This document shows, in pieces, positions 54,359-64,000 of a stretch of DNA of 64,000 nt. Both the position numbers and the translations under genes were made by a program. The notes under the pieces were generated by a model. It did no database searches, was not told where the DNA came from, and was given only the letters and a program-made list of their open reading frames with translations. This DNA comes from Polyangiales bacterium (GTDB lineage Bacteria; Myxococcota_A; Polyangia; Polyangiales; Ga0077539): assembly GCA_044229975.1 (NCBI GenBank), contig JBGARZ010000003.1, positions 96,001 to 160,000 on the forward strand, written 5' to 3'. Numbering within the stretch: position 1 is the first letter of the stretch; each line of letters opens with the position of its first letter.

Positions 54359-55722
54359 GGGTCCGTCGACGGTACACCCGGCGACGCCGGGTCGCACGCG
54401 ACAGAGAACCCGACGCGCGCTCCGCCTCCGGGGATGTTTGCGGCCCACACGTCGCCGCCGTGGGAGTTTGCGATACGGCGAACCAGCGCGAGGCCGAGGC
54501 CCGCACCAACCCGCCGACCCGCTGCCGCTCCACGGTAGAAGGGCTCGAAGATGTGCGGGAGCTCGTCGACGGCAATCCCCTCGCCCACATCATCGACCTC
54601 GAAGCGCACCAGCCCGGTGCTGCGTTCGACCCGCAGCGCGCGCACCGAACCGCCGTGGCGCTGTGCGTTTCCGAGGAGGTTGACCAGCGCGGTGGTGAGC
54701 AGCGTCGCGTCCCCGACGATGGGCAATGGCTCGTCCGGCGCGATCAACACCCCGAGGTCGACGCCCGCCTTGGTGAGCGCCCTCGTCGCCACCTCGGCGC
54801 CGTCGAGCTCGACCCGACGCAGCGCCTGGAAGTCCATGCGCGAACTCGCGAGCAGGTCGCCCACCAGCGCGTCGATGCCGACGAGCTCGTCTTCCACCTC
54901 GGTGATGGCCGACGCACGCGCCGCGTTGTCCGCCTCCTCGTTGCGCGCCGTCTCCAGCAGAAACCTCACCCGCGCGAGCGGCGATCGCAGCTCGTGCGAG
55001 ACCGCCGCGAGGAGCTCACGCTGCGCCGCGACCTGGGCCTCGATGCGCGCCGCCATGTCGTTGATGACCCGCGCCAGCAGCCCGAACTCGCTGCGCCCGT
55101 GCGTCTGCAACCGCGCCCGCCGATCGAGCTGCCCCTGGCCGATGTCGGTCACGACCTCGACGAGCTCATCGAGCGGGCGCGCGATGCGGCGGGCGATGCC
55201 ACCAGCCATCTTCCAGATCACCGCCAGCACGGCCAGCACGAGCAGCGCCGACCGGGCCACGCCCCACGCGTGCTCCGCCGAGCAGAAGCGCACCTCGCCG
55301 ACCGCGACTCCCGCACCATCCTTCACTCGCGATCGGAGGACGGGGTGGCGGCAGGTGGTGGCGGACGTACCGTCGGGGGCGCGGGCGAGCAGCAGGGCAC
55401 CGGCGCGGTCGCGCAGCTCGACGTGGAGTCGCAGCTCGGTGGCCACCGCCGACGCGAGGTGGTCACGGCGCGCGGGCTCGGTCCACACCTCGGCGAAGCG
55501 TGAGCCCGCGAAGAACTCCAGACGTTCGCGCTGGGACCTCCAACCGCCGCGCGCTCCGAGTGCGCCCGTCACGATGGAGGCCACCAGCCCCGTCACCAGG
55601 ATGACCGCGCCGAAGGACCAGAAGAGCCTGCGTTGCAGCCGCGACGTGATGAACCACCAAACCCTCGATCGAGGCCGCGGTGGGTCACAGGGCGGGTCAT
55701 GGTGACGGGGATGATGGCGCAC
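54355..55722 (-). CDS. HAMP-domain sensor histidine kinase
   Basis: Two TMs, HAMP, H-box VSHELRSPLAR, N-box NLLGNAQRH, DVGEGI, IFEPFYR, GAGLGL. Confidence 0.93.
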   Translation of the reverse strand: MRHHPRHHDPPCDPPRPRSRVWWFITSRLQRRLFWSFGAVILVTGLVASIVTGALGARGGWRSQRERLEFFAGSRFAEVWTEPARRDHLASAVATELRLHVELRDRAGALLLARAPDGTSATTCRHPVLRSRVKDGAGVAVGEVRFCSAEHAWGVARSALLVLAVLAVIWKMAGGIARRIARPLDELVEVVTDIGQGQLDRRARLQTHGRSEFGLLARVINDMAARIEAQVAAQRELLAAVSHELRSPLARVRFLLETARNEEADNAARASAITEVEDELVGIDALVGDLLASSRMDFQALRRVELDGAEVATRALTKAGVDLGVLIAPDEPLPIVGDATLLTTALVNLLGNAQRHGGSVRALRVERSTGLVRFEVDDVGEGIAVDELPHIFEPFYRGAAAGRRVGAGLGLALVRRIANSHGGDVWAANIPGGGARVGFSVACDPASPGVPSTDP

Positions 55723-55726
55723 GGGC

Positions 55727-56416
55727 CTACGCGTCCCCCTCGCGGAGCAGCACGTACCCGACGCCGCGGATGGTGCGGATCATCGTAGGCGACCGCGGAT
55801 CGTCGCCGAGCTTCTGCCGCAGGTGGGACACGTGGACGTCCACCGCGCGCTCGCCGATGTTCACGTCGTCGCGACCGGCTCCCGCGAGGAGCGACTCGCG
55901 CGACACGACACGACCCGCCTTGCGCGCGAGCGCCACCAGCAGGTCGAACTCCAGCCCGGTGAGCTCCACCCGCCGCTCGTCCACCTTCACCTCGCGGCCC
56001 GGAACGTCGATGACCACGCGTCCCGCAACGAGGCGGTCGGCCATCGCCTCGGGCTGCGTGCGTCGCAACACCGCGCGGAGCCTGGCGAGGAGCTCGCGCG
56101 GTGAGCAGGGCTTGGGGAGGTAGTCGTCGGCGCCGAGTTCGAGGCCCACGATGCGGTCGGTCTCGTCGCCCTTCGCAGTGAGCATCACGATGGGGACGTT
56201 GCGCTTCGCCCGGATGCGCCGACAGACCTCGAGGCCGTCGATACCGGGCATCATCACGTCGAGCAGCACCACGTCGACGTCCGCGCGCTCCAGCACCGCG
56301 AGGCCCCGCCCGCCGTCGGGCGCGTGGGTGACCTGCATCCCGTTCTGGGCCAGGTACCCCGCCACCAGCTCGGCGAAGCGCGAGTCGTCATCGATGTGGA
56401 GCACGCGAACCGTCAC
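55727..56416 (-). CDS. OmpR/PhoB-family response regulator
   Basis: IDDD, LLDVMMPGIDG, LELGADDYLPKP, winged helix VDVHVSHLRQKL...TIRGVGY. Confidence 0.95.
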   Translation of the reverse strand: MTVRVLHIDDDSRFAELVAGYLAQNGMQVTHAPDGGRGLAVLERADVDVVLLDVMMPGIDGLEVCRRIRAKRNVPIVMLTAKGDETDRIVGLELGADDYLPKPCSPRELLARLRAVLRRTQPEAMADRLVAGRVVIDVPGREVKVDERRVELTGLEFDLLVALARKAGRVVSRESLLAGAGRDDVNIGERAVDVHVSHLRQKLGDDPRSPTMIRTIRGVGYVLLREGDA

Positions 56417-56434
56417 GGGAACCTCCCGCTCAGA

Positions 56435-56617
56435 CTACCAGCGCGGGGGCGCCGGGGGCGGGGCGTTGGGGTTGCGCGCCGCGTCGATGCACACCCGCGC
56501 CACGTGGTGCTCGAACGCCGCCCTCCGGTGCCGGTGCGCGCACAGGCTCGCGAACCCCGACCCGTAGCCCAGCAACACGCCGAGGCCCAGCACCGCGATC
56601 TTCACGTTTCGTCGCAT
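56435..56617 (-). CDS. Small exported/membrane protein
   Basis: GAAGGAGA RBS; hydrophobic IAVLGLGVLLGYGSGF; in operon. Confidence 0.7.
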   Translation of the reverse strand: MRRNVKIAVLGLGVLLGYGSGFASLCAHRHRRAAFEHHVARVCIDAARNPNAPPPAPPRW

Positions 56618-56643
56618 GGTCGTCTCCTTCTCGTGTCTCTCGC

Positions 56644-57240
56644 TCAGGCCCGGTACGGACCGCGACCCCAGGGACCGCGACCGCCCGTGAAGCGCTCGAT
56701 GTGGTCGGCGAAGTCGCGGCGCTGCTGCTCGTCGAGCGCGTCGTGAACCTTCTGGAGCGCCTCGAAGACAGCCTTCTGCGTGGCCTCCAGCGCCTCGTCC
56801 TGCTTGGCGAAGGACTCGCCCATCACGCCCTCGTCGAAGCGCTCCCCGCGAAACGCCTTCGCCGCATCACCCGCCGTCGCCCGCAGCGCCTCCTTCGACG
56901 CGCCGACCTTCGCGCGCAGCGAGGTCGCCGCGTCGAGGATCACCCGTTCCTGCCCCGGCGTCGTCGCCAGCCGCTCGAATAGCGGCCGCAGCCAGAACCT
57001 CAGCGCCGCTCCCTCGTCACCGCCGCCGCGCTCCCAACCACCGCCGCCGCGACCCCACGGTCCGCGGCCGTAGCCTTGCTCGTCGCCGCCAAGCCGCGGG
57101 TCGCCCCAGTGCCGACCACCGCAGCGACCGCCACCACCGTGACCGTAGTAGCCGTAGCCCCCGTGGCCGCACCGACCACCGTACCGGAGCGTCTTCACCA
57201 GACCGATCAGACACATCGTGCCGACAATGAATCCCAACAT
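56644..57240 (-). CDS. Spy/CpxP/ZraP-like (LTxxQ-type) accessory protein with Gly/Arg-rich segment
   Basis: GAGGAGA RBS; N-terminal TM; LATTPGQ and LDEQQR motifs; first gene of the TCS operon. Confidence 0.7.
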   Translation of the reverse strand: MLGFIVGTMCLIGLVKTLRYGGRCGHGGYGYYGHGGGGRCGGRHWGDPRLGGDEQGYGRGPWGRGGGGWERGGGDEGAALRFWLRPLFERLATTPGQERVILDAATSLRAKVGASKEALRATAGDAAKAFRGERFDEGVMGESFAKQDEALEATQKAVFEALQKVHDALDEQQRRDFADHIERFTGGRGPWGRGPYRA

Positions 57241-57304
57241 GGTTCGTCTCTCCTCGTCCGCGGGAGCGCACTGCTCTCCGCCGCCCACCACCTTGGCGAC
57301 GCTC

Positions 57305-57344
57305 TGTGAAGCCCATCCCGCGACGAGTGTGAAGAAGTGCAAAG
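57305..57344 (-). promoter_or_regulatory. Putative OmpR-family tandem binding site
   Basis: TGTGAAG (57328-57334) and TGCAAAG (57338-57344) at 10-bp period, plus a third TGTGAAG at 57305-57311, in the divergent intergenic region. Confidence 0.5.
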
Positions 57345-57384
57345 TCGCCCCGTCACGCCCGGCGTAGAGTCCGCGCCCCGCACC

Positions 57385-58731
57385 GTGTCCCAGGCTTCCC
57401 TCCGCGACGATCTGCGCCTCACCCTCGGCCTCGCGTTGCCCGCCGTGGCGCAGTCCCTCTTGCAGACGATGGTGTTTCTGGCGGACCGCTTCTTCCTTGG
57501 TCACCACAGCGCCGCCGCGCTCGCCGCGATGCAGATCGCCGGCCCGCTCACCTGGACGCTCCAGTCCGTCTTCGGCGCCTTCGGCGTCGGCACCCTCGCC
57601 GTCATCGGGCGCGCCGTCGGAGCGAACGACCGACGCCTCGCGGCGAGCGCCCTCTACGGAAGCCTCGTCCCCGCGGTGGGTCTCGGTCTCGCCGTCGGCC
57701 TCGGCGGATGGCTCGGCCTCGACCTGCTCATCGACCTCCTCGGCGGCGGCGGATCACCCGCCGTCCGCGGCGAGTCGGCCCGCTACCTCGGCGTGGTGCT
57801 CCCCGCGATGCCGCTGCTCTTCGTCGCCATGGTCTGCACGCAGGCTCTGCAGGCCGGCGGCGACACTCGCACGCCGCTCGCCATCGCGATCGCCACCAAC
57901 GCGCTCAACCTCGCGCTCAACGCCGTGCTCATCTTCGGGCGCTTCGGGTTGCCCGCCATGGGCGCGCGCGGCGCCGCCATCGCCAACGTCTCGGCGCTCG
58001 CCCTCGAAGCCACCCTCGCCCTCGTCGCCCTCGCCCGCCGCGACCGTCCGGTCAGCCTCCGCTCGGGCGAACCGCTCGACGTACGTGACGGAGTGCGCCG
58101 CGTCTTCCGGGTGTCCGTCGGGTCCTTCGGCGAGCGCGCGCTCTATCACACGGGCTACCTCGCCTACGTTCGCATCACCAACGGCCTGGGCCCGATCGCC
58201 ATGGCGGCCCATCAGGCGCTGCTCTCATTGGAGAGCGTGTCGTTCTTGTCGGCGGACGGCTTCGCGGTCGCGGCGGGCGCGCGGGTGGCGCAGCGGCTCG
58301 GCGCGGGCGACCCGGTGGGCGCACGTCGCGCCGGGTGGATCGCGGCCCTCAGCTCGGCGTCGGTCATCACGGTGGTCGCGGTGGTGCTCTACCTGGGCGC
58401 GAGGCCGTTGCTCGGGTTGTTTCTCGACGACCCGGCCGCGGTGCGAGAGGGCGTATCCGCGATGCTGCCGGGCGCGGCGGTGCAGGTGCCCATGGCCCTC
58501 GCCATCGTGCTGCTGCAATCGTTGCGCGGCGCCGGTTCGACGCGCGAGGCCTTCGCCATCGCGGTGCTCGGATCATTCGTGGTGCGCATCAGCGCGACGG
58601 TGTTCTTCGTGCGCGTGCTGCACCTCGGGCTCGCGGGTGTGTGGCTCGGCAGCGGGTCCGATTGGTTTCTCCGCGCGGTGCTCGGCGCCTGGCGCTGGCA
58701 GCTCGGTCGATGGTCGCGCGTCAGGGTGTGA
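57385..58731 (+). CDS. MATE-family efflux transporter
   Basis: LALPAVAQ, DRFFLGH, GDTRTP, LNAVLIFG...MGARGAAIA, LGLAGVW; about 12 TMs. Confidence 0.92.
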   Translation: MSQASLRDDLRLTLGLALPAVAQSLLQTMVFLADRFFLGHHSAAALAAMQIAGPLTWTLQSVFGAFGVGTLAVIGRAVGANDRRLAASALYGSLVPAVGLGLAVGLGGWLGLDLLIDLLGGGGSPAVRGESARYLGVVLPAMPLLFVAMVCTQALQAGGDTRTPLAIAIATNALNLALNAVLIFGRFGLPAMGARGAAIANVSALALEATLALVALARRDRPVSLRSGEPLDVRDGVRRVFRVSVGSFGERALYHTGYLAYVRITNGLGPIAMAAHQALLSLESVSFLSADGFAVAAGARVAQRLGAGDPVGARRAGWIAALSSASVITVVAVVLYLGARPLLGLFLDDPAAVREGVSAMLPGAAVQVPMALAIVLLQSLRGAGSTREAFAIAVLGSFVVRISATVFFVRVLHLGLAGVWLGSGSDWFLRAVLGAWRWQLGRWSRVRV

Positions 58732-61033
58732 CCGACTCGCGCCGGATGCGATCGACCCAATCGGCGGCCGTGTCCCGCGCGCCCGACGGACGGCCCTCGT
58801 CCTCTGCCAGCATCGTGAACACCGTCGAAGCCTCCGTGAGGTTGCCGCTGCGGTAGAGCGCGATCGCCCGCATCCGCTGCGTCTCCGCGAGCACCCGCGG
58901 CTCGCCGATGGATGCGATGTCTCCCACGCGCAGCATCCGCAACGCCGGCTCGAAGCGCTCGGCCAGGAAGAGCTGCCGACCCGCGAGGTAGGCCACCCAC
59001 GGATCGCTCGCCGCCTGATCGTCGAGGCCCAATCGGGCCATCGCCGCGGTGGGTGACGGGTCGAGCTCGCCGCGCCCGATGAGCAGGTCACGGAACACCT
59101 CCGCCGGCGCGCCACCCCGAGTGAGCATCGCGCGCTTGATGAGCAGCGTTCGCGCCTCGTCGTCGTCCATCAGGGTGACGTCGAGCGCGTCGTAGAAGAC
59201 CTGCGACGCGCTGAGTCCTCGCCACCGCCACACCTGGTCGGCGACCTGCGAACGCGCGCGTTGCCCGGCCGCCGGACCCAGCGCCTGCTCGGCCTCGGTC
59301 GCAATGCGCGTCGCTCCTCCGAGGTCGCCCGCCCGCACGCGCGTCACGGCGAGCAGCATGTGGGTGTGGAGGTCGGTCGGGTCGTGGGCGATGAGCGTCC
59401 GCAGCTCACGGTCGGCCGCGGCGAGGTCACCCGCGTCGAGGTGAGCGACAGCGTCGCGGGTCAGGTCTTCCAGCAACAGTGGGCACGTTCGACCAAACAC
59501 CGACGCACGACGAAACCGCGTCCGCGCCCTCGCCAGCACACCGTCTGACGTTGGCACCCTCCGCAGGAAGGCGTGCCACTCGCGCTCCAGCGCCGCGAGG
59601 GAGACCCCATACGCCGCGACCGCATCGGCGTCGCGATAGAAGCGCCGGAAGCGCGGCCTCCCGCGCGTATCGACCAGCCACCGGCAGAACGACCCCGCCG
59701 CCGTGTACGCCCGCCCCGATGACGACGCGTAGAACCCGAGCCCCGTCAGCGACGAGACCGACGGTGTGAGCCCGGCCTCCATCATCGCGCGAGACCACTG
59801 GTGCGGCGTCGCGTCGCTCTCGCCCTCCCACGCCGCCGCGACCGCGGCCCCCTCGATGAGCCCCGGCGTCGGAACCACTCCCCCCAGCGTGGTCACCCGC
59901 AGTGGCCCGCGCGCCATGGCACCCGCGACCACATGCGCGAGCTCGTGCTTCAGCACCGGGTGCGGAAACGGCGCGTACTGGAGGTAGACCTCGTCGCGCC
60001 AGGGCTTCGCGATGTACGTGTCCTCGGCGCCCATCAGCTCGCGCTTCTGCGTCGAGTTGGCGAAGAGAAACACCGTGATCGGCCGCGCCTGGCGCACGCC
60101 GTAGAAGTCTTCGAGCTGGCCCACGCGCACGTCGCAGTCGCGCGCCGTGAGGGAGGCCTGCCGATCGTCGATGCTGCGGTCGTAGAGCACCACGCAGCGA
60201 CGCGAGGCCACGCGACGTTCGAGCGCGCGAGCGATGTGTGAGACGTCGTGGCGATGCCCGAGCGCGGGGCCCGCGACGTAGACACCGACGGCCGCAACGA
60301 GGCCGGCGCCAAGCACGAGTGTCGCCGCCCGATGTGAGCGCAGGGTCGCGAGCGAGAGCCGCCCCGTGGCGCCGTCCCACGCGGCGACGAGGAGCGCGGC
60401 GAAGGCGACGATCCAGCCGAGCGTTCCGAGGCGGTGGGTGACGTGCGCGAGGGTGACGGGGACGTGCTCGTCGTAGAGCGCCCCCGGAAAGAACCCGAAA
60501 AACGGGTCGAACGCGAAGATGGTGGGCGTCGTGTAGAAGCGCACGAGACTCCACCCGACGAACGCTGGCACCAGCAGCGCCGCGAGCGTCGTCGCGACCC
60601 CGCGACGGCGAATCACACCACCGAGCGCGGCGCCCACGAGCGATGCGAGCACCGGCCCGGGCAGCGCGAAGAGCAGCGCATGCACGCCGCCCGTCGCGGG
60701 CGAACAAGCGGGCGCCACGAGTCCATGCGCGAGCACGACGAGCAGCGCGGTCGTCACGAATGCGATCGCCGACAGCGCCGAGGTGACCGCGACGTCGGCG
60801 CCCGAGCGACCGCGACCGAGCTGCGCGACGCGGACACCCACGAGGGCCGAGGCGATGCTGCCAACGACGGCGACGACGAGGCTCGCCGCGAAGCCGACGT
60901 GATCGGTGAGGTGGTTGCTCCAGAGCGCGAGGCCGGTGACGACGCTCAGCGCCGCCGCGACGCGGAAGCGCCACGACGACACGAGCGACGCACGGGGCTC
61001 AGCGGTTGGCTTCGACGGCCGCGTCGTCGTCAT
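58721..61033 (-). CDS. Multi-TM protein with gluzincin (HEXXH) metallopeptidase-like domain and C-terminal TPR
   Basis: About 6-7 N-terminal TMs; VLKHELAHVV; GLIEGAAVA; TPR-like helices. Confidence 0.75.
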   Translation of the reverse strand: MTTTRPSKPTAEPRASLVSSWRFRVAAALSVVTGLALWSNHLTDHVGFAASLVVAVVGSIASALVGVRVAQLGRGRSGADVAVTSALSAIAFVTTALLVVLAHGLVAPACSPATGGVHALLFALPGPVLASLVGAALGGVIRRRGVATTLAALLVPAFVGWSLVRFYTTPTIFAFDPFFGFFPGALYDEHVPVTLAHVTHRLGTLGWIVAFAALLVAAWDGATGRLSLATLRSHRAATLVLGAGLVAAVGVYVAGPALGHRHDVSHIARALERRVASRRCVVLYDRSIDDRQASLTARDCDVRVGQLEDFYGVRQARPITVFLFANSTQKRELMGAEDTYIAKPWRDEVYLQYAPFPHPVLKHELAHVVAGAMARGPLRVTTLGGVVPTPGLIEGAAVAAAWEGESDATPHQWSRAMMEAGLTPSVSSLTGLGFYASSSGRAYTAAGSFCRWLVDTRGRPRFRRFYRDADAVAAYGVSLAALEREWHAFLRRVPTSDGVLARARTRFRRASVFGRTCPLLLEDLTRDAVAHLDAGDLAAADRELRTLIAHDPTDLHTHMLLAVTRVRAGDLGGATRIATEAEQALGPAAGQRARSQVADQVWRWRGLSASQVFYDALDVTLMDDDEARTLLIKRAMLTRGGAPAEVFRDLLIGRGELDPSPTAAMARLGLDDQAASDPWVAYLAGRQLFLAERFEPALRMLRVGDIASIGEPRVLAETQRMRAIALYRSGNLTEASTVFTMLAEDEGRPSGARDTAADWVDRIRRESVTP

Positions 61034-63419
61034 CGGCGCGCGGAGGGATGGACGGAGAGGCGGGGCGTTCGAGCAGCGCGTGCGCGAGCACCTCGTCGAT
61101 CTTCGCGCAGAAGTCGATACGCAGCTCGTCGCGCACCTCCTGGGGGATGTCCTCCAGGTCCTTGCGATTGCGAGCCGGCAGCAGGACGTGCTTGATGCCC
61201 GCGCGGTGCGCCGCGAGGACCTTCTCCTTCACGCCGCCGATGGGGGTGACGATGCCGCGCAGGGTGATCTCGCCGGTCATCGCGAGGTCGCTGCGAACGG
61301 GGCGACCCGTCATGAGCGACGTGATGGCCGTGACCATCGCCACGCCCGCGCTCGGCCCGTCCTTCGGGGTGCCGCCCGCCGGGACGTGCAGGTGGATGTC
61401 GCTGTTGGCAAGCACCTCCGGGTCGATGCCCAGGTGCTCGGAGTGCGTGCGCACCCACGAGAAGGCCGCGGCGACGGACTCCTTCATCACGTTGCCGAGC
61501 TGGCCTGTGATCGAGATGTTGCCCTTGCCCGCGTACTTCGTCGCCTCGATGAAGAGGATGACGCCGCCCACCGGCGTCCACGCGAGGCCCGCGACGATGC
61601 CCACGCCCGGCGCACGCTCGGCGCCCTCCTCCAGAAACTTCGGCGGGCCCATCACGGACTCGACGAAGGCCGCCGTGGCCGTCTCGTGGACGTCCTCGCC
61701 GGAGGCCACCCGCACCGCCACCGCGCGGCACACCGCCGCGATCTCTCGCGTCAGGTTTCGCACGCCGGCTTCGCGCGTGTAGCTCTCGATGAGCGACGCG
61801 TACCCGTCGTCCTTCCACTCCAGGCGCTCGCTGGTGAGCCCGTGCTCTTCGAGCGCCTTCGGACCGATGTACTCGCGCGCGATGTGGAGCTTCTCGACGC
61901 GGGTGTAGCCCGCGATCTCGATGACCTCCATGCGGTCGAGCAGCGGCGCCGGGATGGTCTCCCGGTTGTTGGCCGTGCAGATGAACATCGCGTGCGAGAT
62001 GTCGTACGGCACGTCGATGTAGTGATCGACGAAGGTGCTGTTCTGATCGGGGTCGAGCACCTCAAGCAGCGCCGAAGCGGGATCGCCACGAACGTCCGCC
62101 CCCATCTTGTCGACCTCGTCGAGGATGAGGATGGGGTTGACGGTCCCCGCCTTCTTCATGGCCTGGACGATGCGGCCTGGCAGCGCGCCCACGTAGGTGC
62201 GCCGGTGTCCGCGAATCTCCGCCTCGTCGCGAACGCCGCCGAGCGAGATGCGAACCATCTGTCGACCGATGGCCCTCGCGATGCTCTTGGCGAGCGAGGT
62301 CTTGCCCACGCCGGGCGGCCCGATGAAGCACAGGATGGGACCGCGCCCGTCCTTGCGGAGCTTGCGGACGGCCACGTACTCGACGATGCGCTTCTTCGGC
62401 TTGTCGAGGCCGAAGTGATCTTCGTCGAGCGCGCGGCGCACGGCCTCGACGTCGAAGCGGTCTTCCGTCGAGCGCGACCACGGGATGTCCGCGAGCCACT
62501 CGATGTACGTGCGCGTGACCTGGTACTCCGCCGAGTGGCCCTGCATCGCGCGCAGTCGACCGAGCTGGCGCTTGGCGACCTTCTCGATCTCGTAGGGGAG
62601 CTTCGCCTTGGCGACGCGCTCGCGGAGCTGGTCGAGCTCCTCCTCGCTCTCGTCGGTCTCGCCGAGCTCTTCCTTGATGGTCTTGAGCTGCGCGCGGAGG
62701 ATCTCCTCCCGCTCGCTGCGCCCCATCTCACCGGTGACGAGCTGGTGCACCTCCTTGCGGACGCGGTGCAGCTCGTGGACGCGGCGCGCGAGGTGGTGCG
62801 CGAGGCGCAGCCGCTCTTCGAGGTCTTCGGCTTCGAGCACCTGCTGCCGGTCGGCCGGGCTCACCGGCGGCGTCGGCAGGTGGAGCGCCACGAGGTCGGC
62901 GAGCGACCCGGGCTCGGCGGCGTTTTCGGCGACCGTCACCAGCTCACGCGGCACCGGCGGCGAGAACTCGCCGAGCGCCCGCGCGACCTCGCGCAGCTCC
63001 CGCGCGACGCGCTCGATCTCGGGGCTGCGCGAGAGGTTTTCGGTGACGCGCTGGATGCGCCCGCGGAGGTACGGCGACTCGCTCGCCATGCCCACGAGCT
63101 TCATCCGCGCGATGCCCTGGAGGAGCACCGAGTAGTTGGAGGCCCCGAGCTTGATGACCTTCACGATGCGGGCGACGGTGCCCATCTCGTAGAGGTCGGC
63201 GAGCGTCGGGTCTTCGGTGTCGGGCGACTTCTGCGTCACCACGGCCACCAGCCGATGCTCCTGGTGCATCAGCTCTTCGACGAGGCGAACCGAGCGCGCA
63301 CGCCCGACGTTGATGGGCACCACCGCGGCCGGAAACAGCACGGCGTTGCGCAGCGGCAGGATGGGAAGGACCTCGACCGAGCCGGGGCCCCCACTCGTAG
63401 AATCGTCTTCTCGCGTCAC
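60999..63419 (-). CDS. lon: ATP-dependent endopeptidase La (Lon)
   Basis: LPILPLR LON-N domain, [37 protein letters not shown]. Confidence 0.97.
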   Translation of the reverse strand: MTREDDSTSGGPGSVEVLPILPLRNAVLFPAAVVPINVGRARSVRLVEELMHQEHRLVAVVTQKSPDTEDPTLADLYEMGTVARIVKVIKLGASNYSVLLQGIARMKLVGMASESPYLRGRIQRVTENLSRSPEIERVARELREVARALGEFSPPVPRELVTVAENAAEPGSLADLVALHLPTPPVSPADRQQVLEAEDLEERLRLAHHLARRVHELHRVRKEVHQLVTGEMGRSEREEILRAQLKTIKEELGETDESEEELDQLRERVAKAKLPYEIEKVAKRQLGRLRAMQGHSAEYQVTRTYIEWLADIPWSRSTEDRFDVEAVRRALDEDHFGLDKPKKRIVEYVAVRKLRKDGRGPILCFIGPPGVGKTSLAKSIARAIGRQMVRISLGGVRDEAEIRGHRRTYVGALPGRIVQAMKKAGTVNPILILDEVDKMGADVRGDPASALLEVLDPDQNSTFVDHYIDVPYDISHAMFICTANNRETIPAPLLDRMEVIEIAGYTRVEKLHIAREYIGPKALEEHGLTSERLEWKDDGYASLIESYTREAGVRNLTREIAAVCRAVAVRVASGEDVHETATAAFVESVMGPPKFLEEGAERAPGVGIVAGLAWTPVGGVILFIEATKYAGKGNISITGQLGNVMKESVAAAFSWVRTHSEHLGIDPEVLANSDIHLHVPAGGTPKDGPSAGVAMVTAITSLMTGRPVRSDLAMTGEITLRGIVTPIGGVKEKVLAAHRAGIKHVLLPARNRKDLEDIPQEVRDELRIDFCAKIDEVLAHALLERPASPSIPPRADDDDAAVEANR

Positions 63420-63504
63420 AGTTCGGGAACCCTAGGAAACGCGGCCCCCGGTTGCAAGCCCGCGCTGCCTCGTCCCTGATTCTTCTCTCCGACGCGGCGC
63501 GTGA

Positions 63505-64000
63505 TCAGCCGGTTTGACGCTTCGCCCGCCCGGCCGGCGCCGTCGTGACCGTCTTGCGCGCGGGCGCCTTGCGCCGCACCCCGATGAGCCCCAGGCGCGA
63601 CATCACCTCTGCGGTGAGCCCTTCGTAGTCCTCGCGACCGCGGCCCCCTTCGGGCTCGTGCTCGAAGATGGTCTTGCGGTGCGAGGGCGCTGCCTTGTGG
63701 TGCGTGTTGGCGCGAATCACCGTCTCGAAGACCTCGGCCCCGAAGCGCCCGCGCAGCACCTCCTCGACCTCTGCGGTGATGCGCTCGCGTCGGTCGACCA
63801 TGGTGAGCAGATAGCCGAGCACCTCGGCCTTCGCCCCGGCGCGGTCTCGCAAGCGAGCGAGCGTATCACCCAGGAGCTTGAGCCCGAGCATCGGCAGGTA
63901 CTCGCACGACACCGGGATGAGCACCTTCTCCGCCGCGACCAGCGCGTTGACGGTGAGGAGTCCGAGGTACGGCGCGGTGTCGACCACCACCACGTCCATC
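63505..64000 (-). CDS. ParA/Soj-family ATPase, C-terminal part (runs off window end)
   Basis: VVVDTAPYLGLLTVNALVAAEKVLIPVSCEY, LLTMVDRR, FETVIR. Confidence 0.88.
   Translation of the reverse strand, partial: MDVVVVDTAPYLGLLTVNALVAAEKVLIPVSCEYLPMLGLKLLGDTLARLRDRAGAKAEVLGYLLTMVDRRERITAEVEEVLRGRFGAEVFETVIRANTHHKAAPSHRKTIFEHEPEGGRGREDYEGLTAEVMSRLGLIGVRRKAPARKTVTTAPAGRAKRQTG

Overview
High-GC chromosomal segment. Gene content points to a myxobacterium-like organism (Myxococcota/Polyangia; inferred from Ser/Thr kinases, many Asp-rich-linker lipoproteins, TPR-OmpA and T6SS genes). About 53 CDS and one tRNA-Ser(UGA). Most is housekeeping: thiolase (partial), argJ, 3-hydroxyacyl-CoA dehydrogenase, RluA-family synthase, thiD, hrpB, hflX, DTW protein, rsmA, kup, cyclophilin, ppk1, an OmpR-type two-component system, MATE, lon and parA-like (partial). 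Unusual elements: (1) a eukaryote-like protein with three tandem aromatic-cage Tudor domains, three PPxY motifs and a zinc ribbon, abutting tail-to-tail a divergent SNF2 helicase + SWIM-like gene pair that lies directly downstream of a tRNA-Ser with an anomalous 3' end; (2) a phage-type Bet/RecT annealase with no prophage context, preceded by a sigma70-like promoter overlapped by an SOS-box-like palindrome; (3) an isolated tssF-tssG-tssH fragment of a type VI secretion system; (4) a ~10 kb run of surface or lipoprotein genes (pectate lyase-like, chlorophyllase-like, vWA, double-TM Flp pilin, Cys-rich, Tat-Rieske); (5) a membrane pseudokinase. No CRISPR array, integrase or transposase was seen. 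All calls come from reading motifs by eye; no database searches were run.
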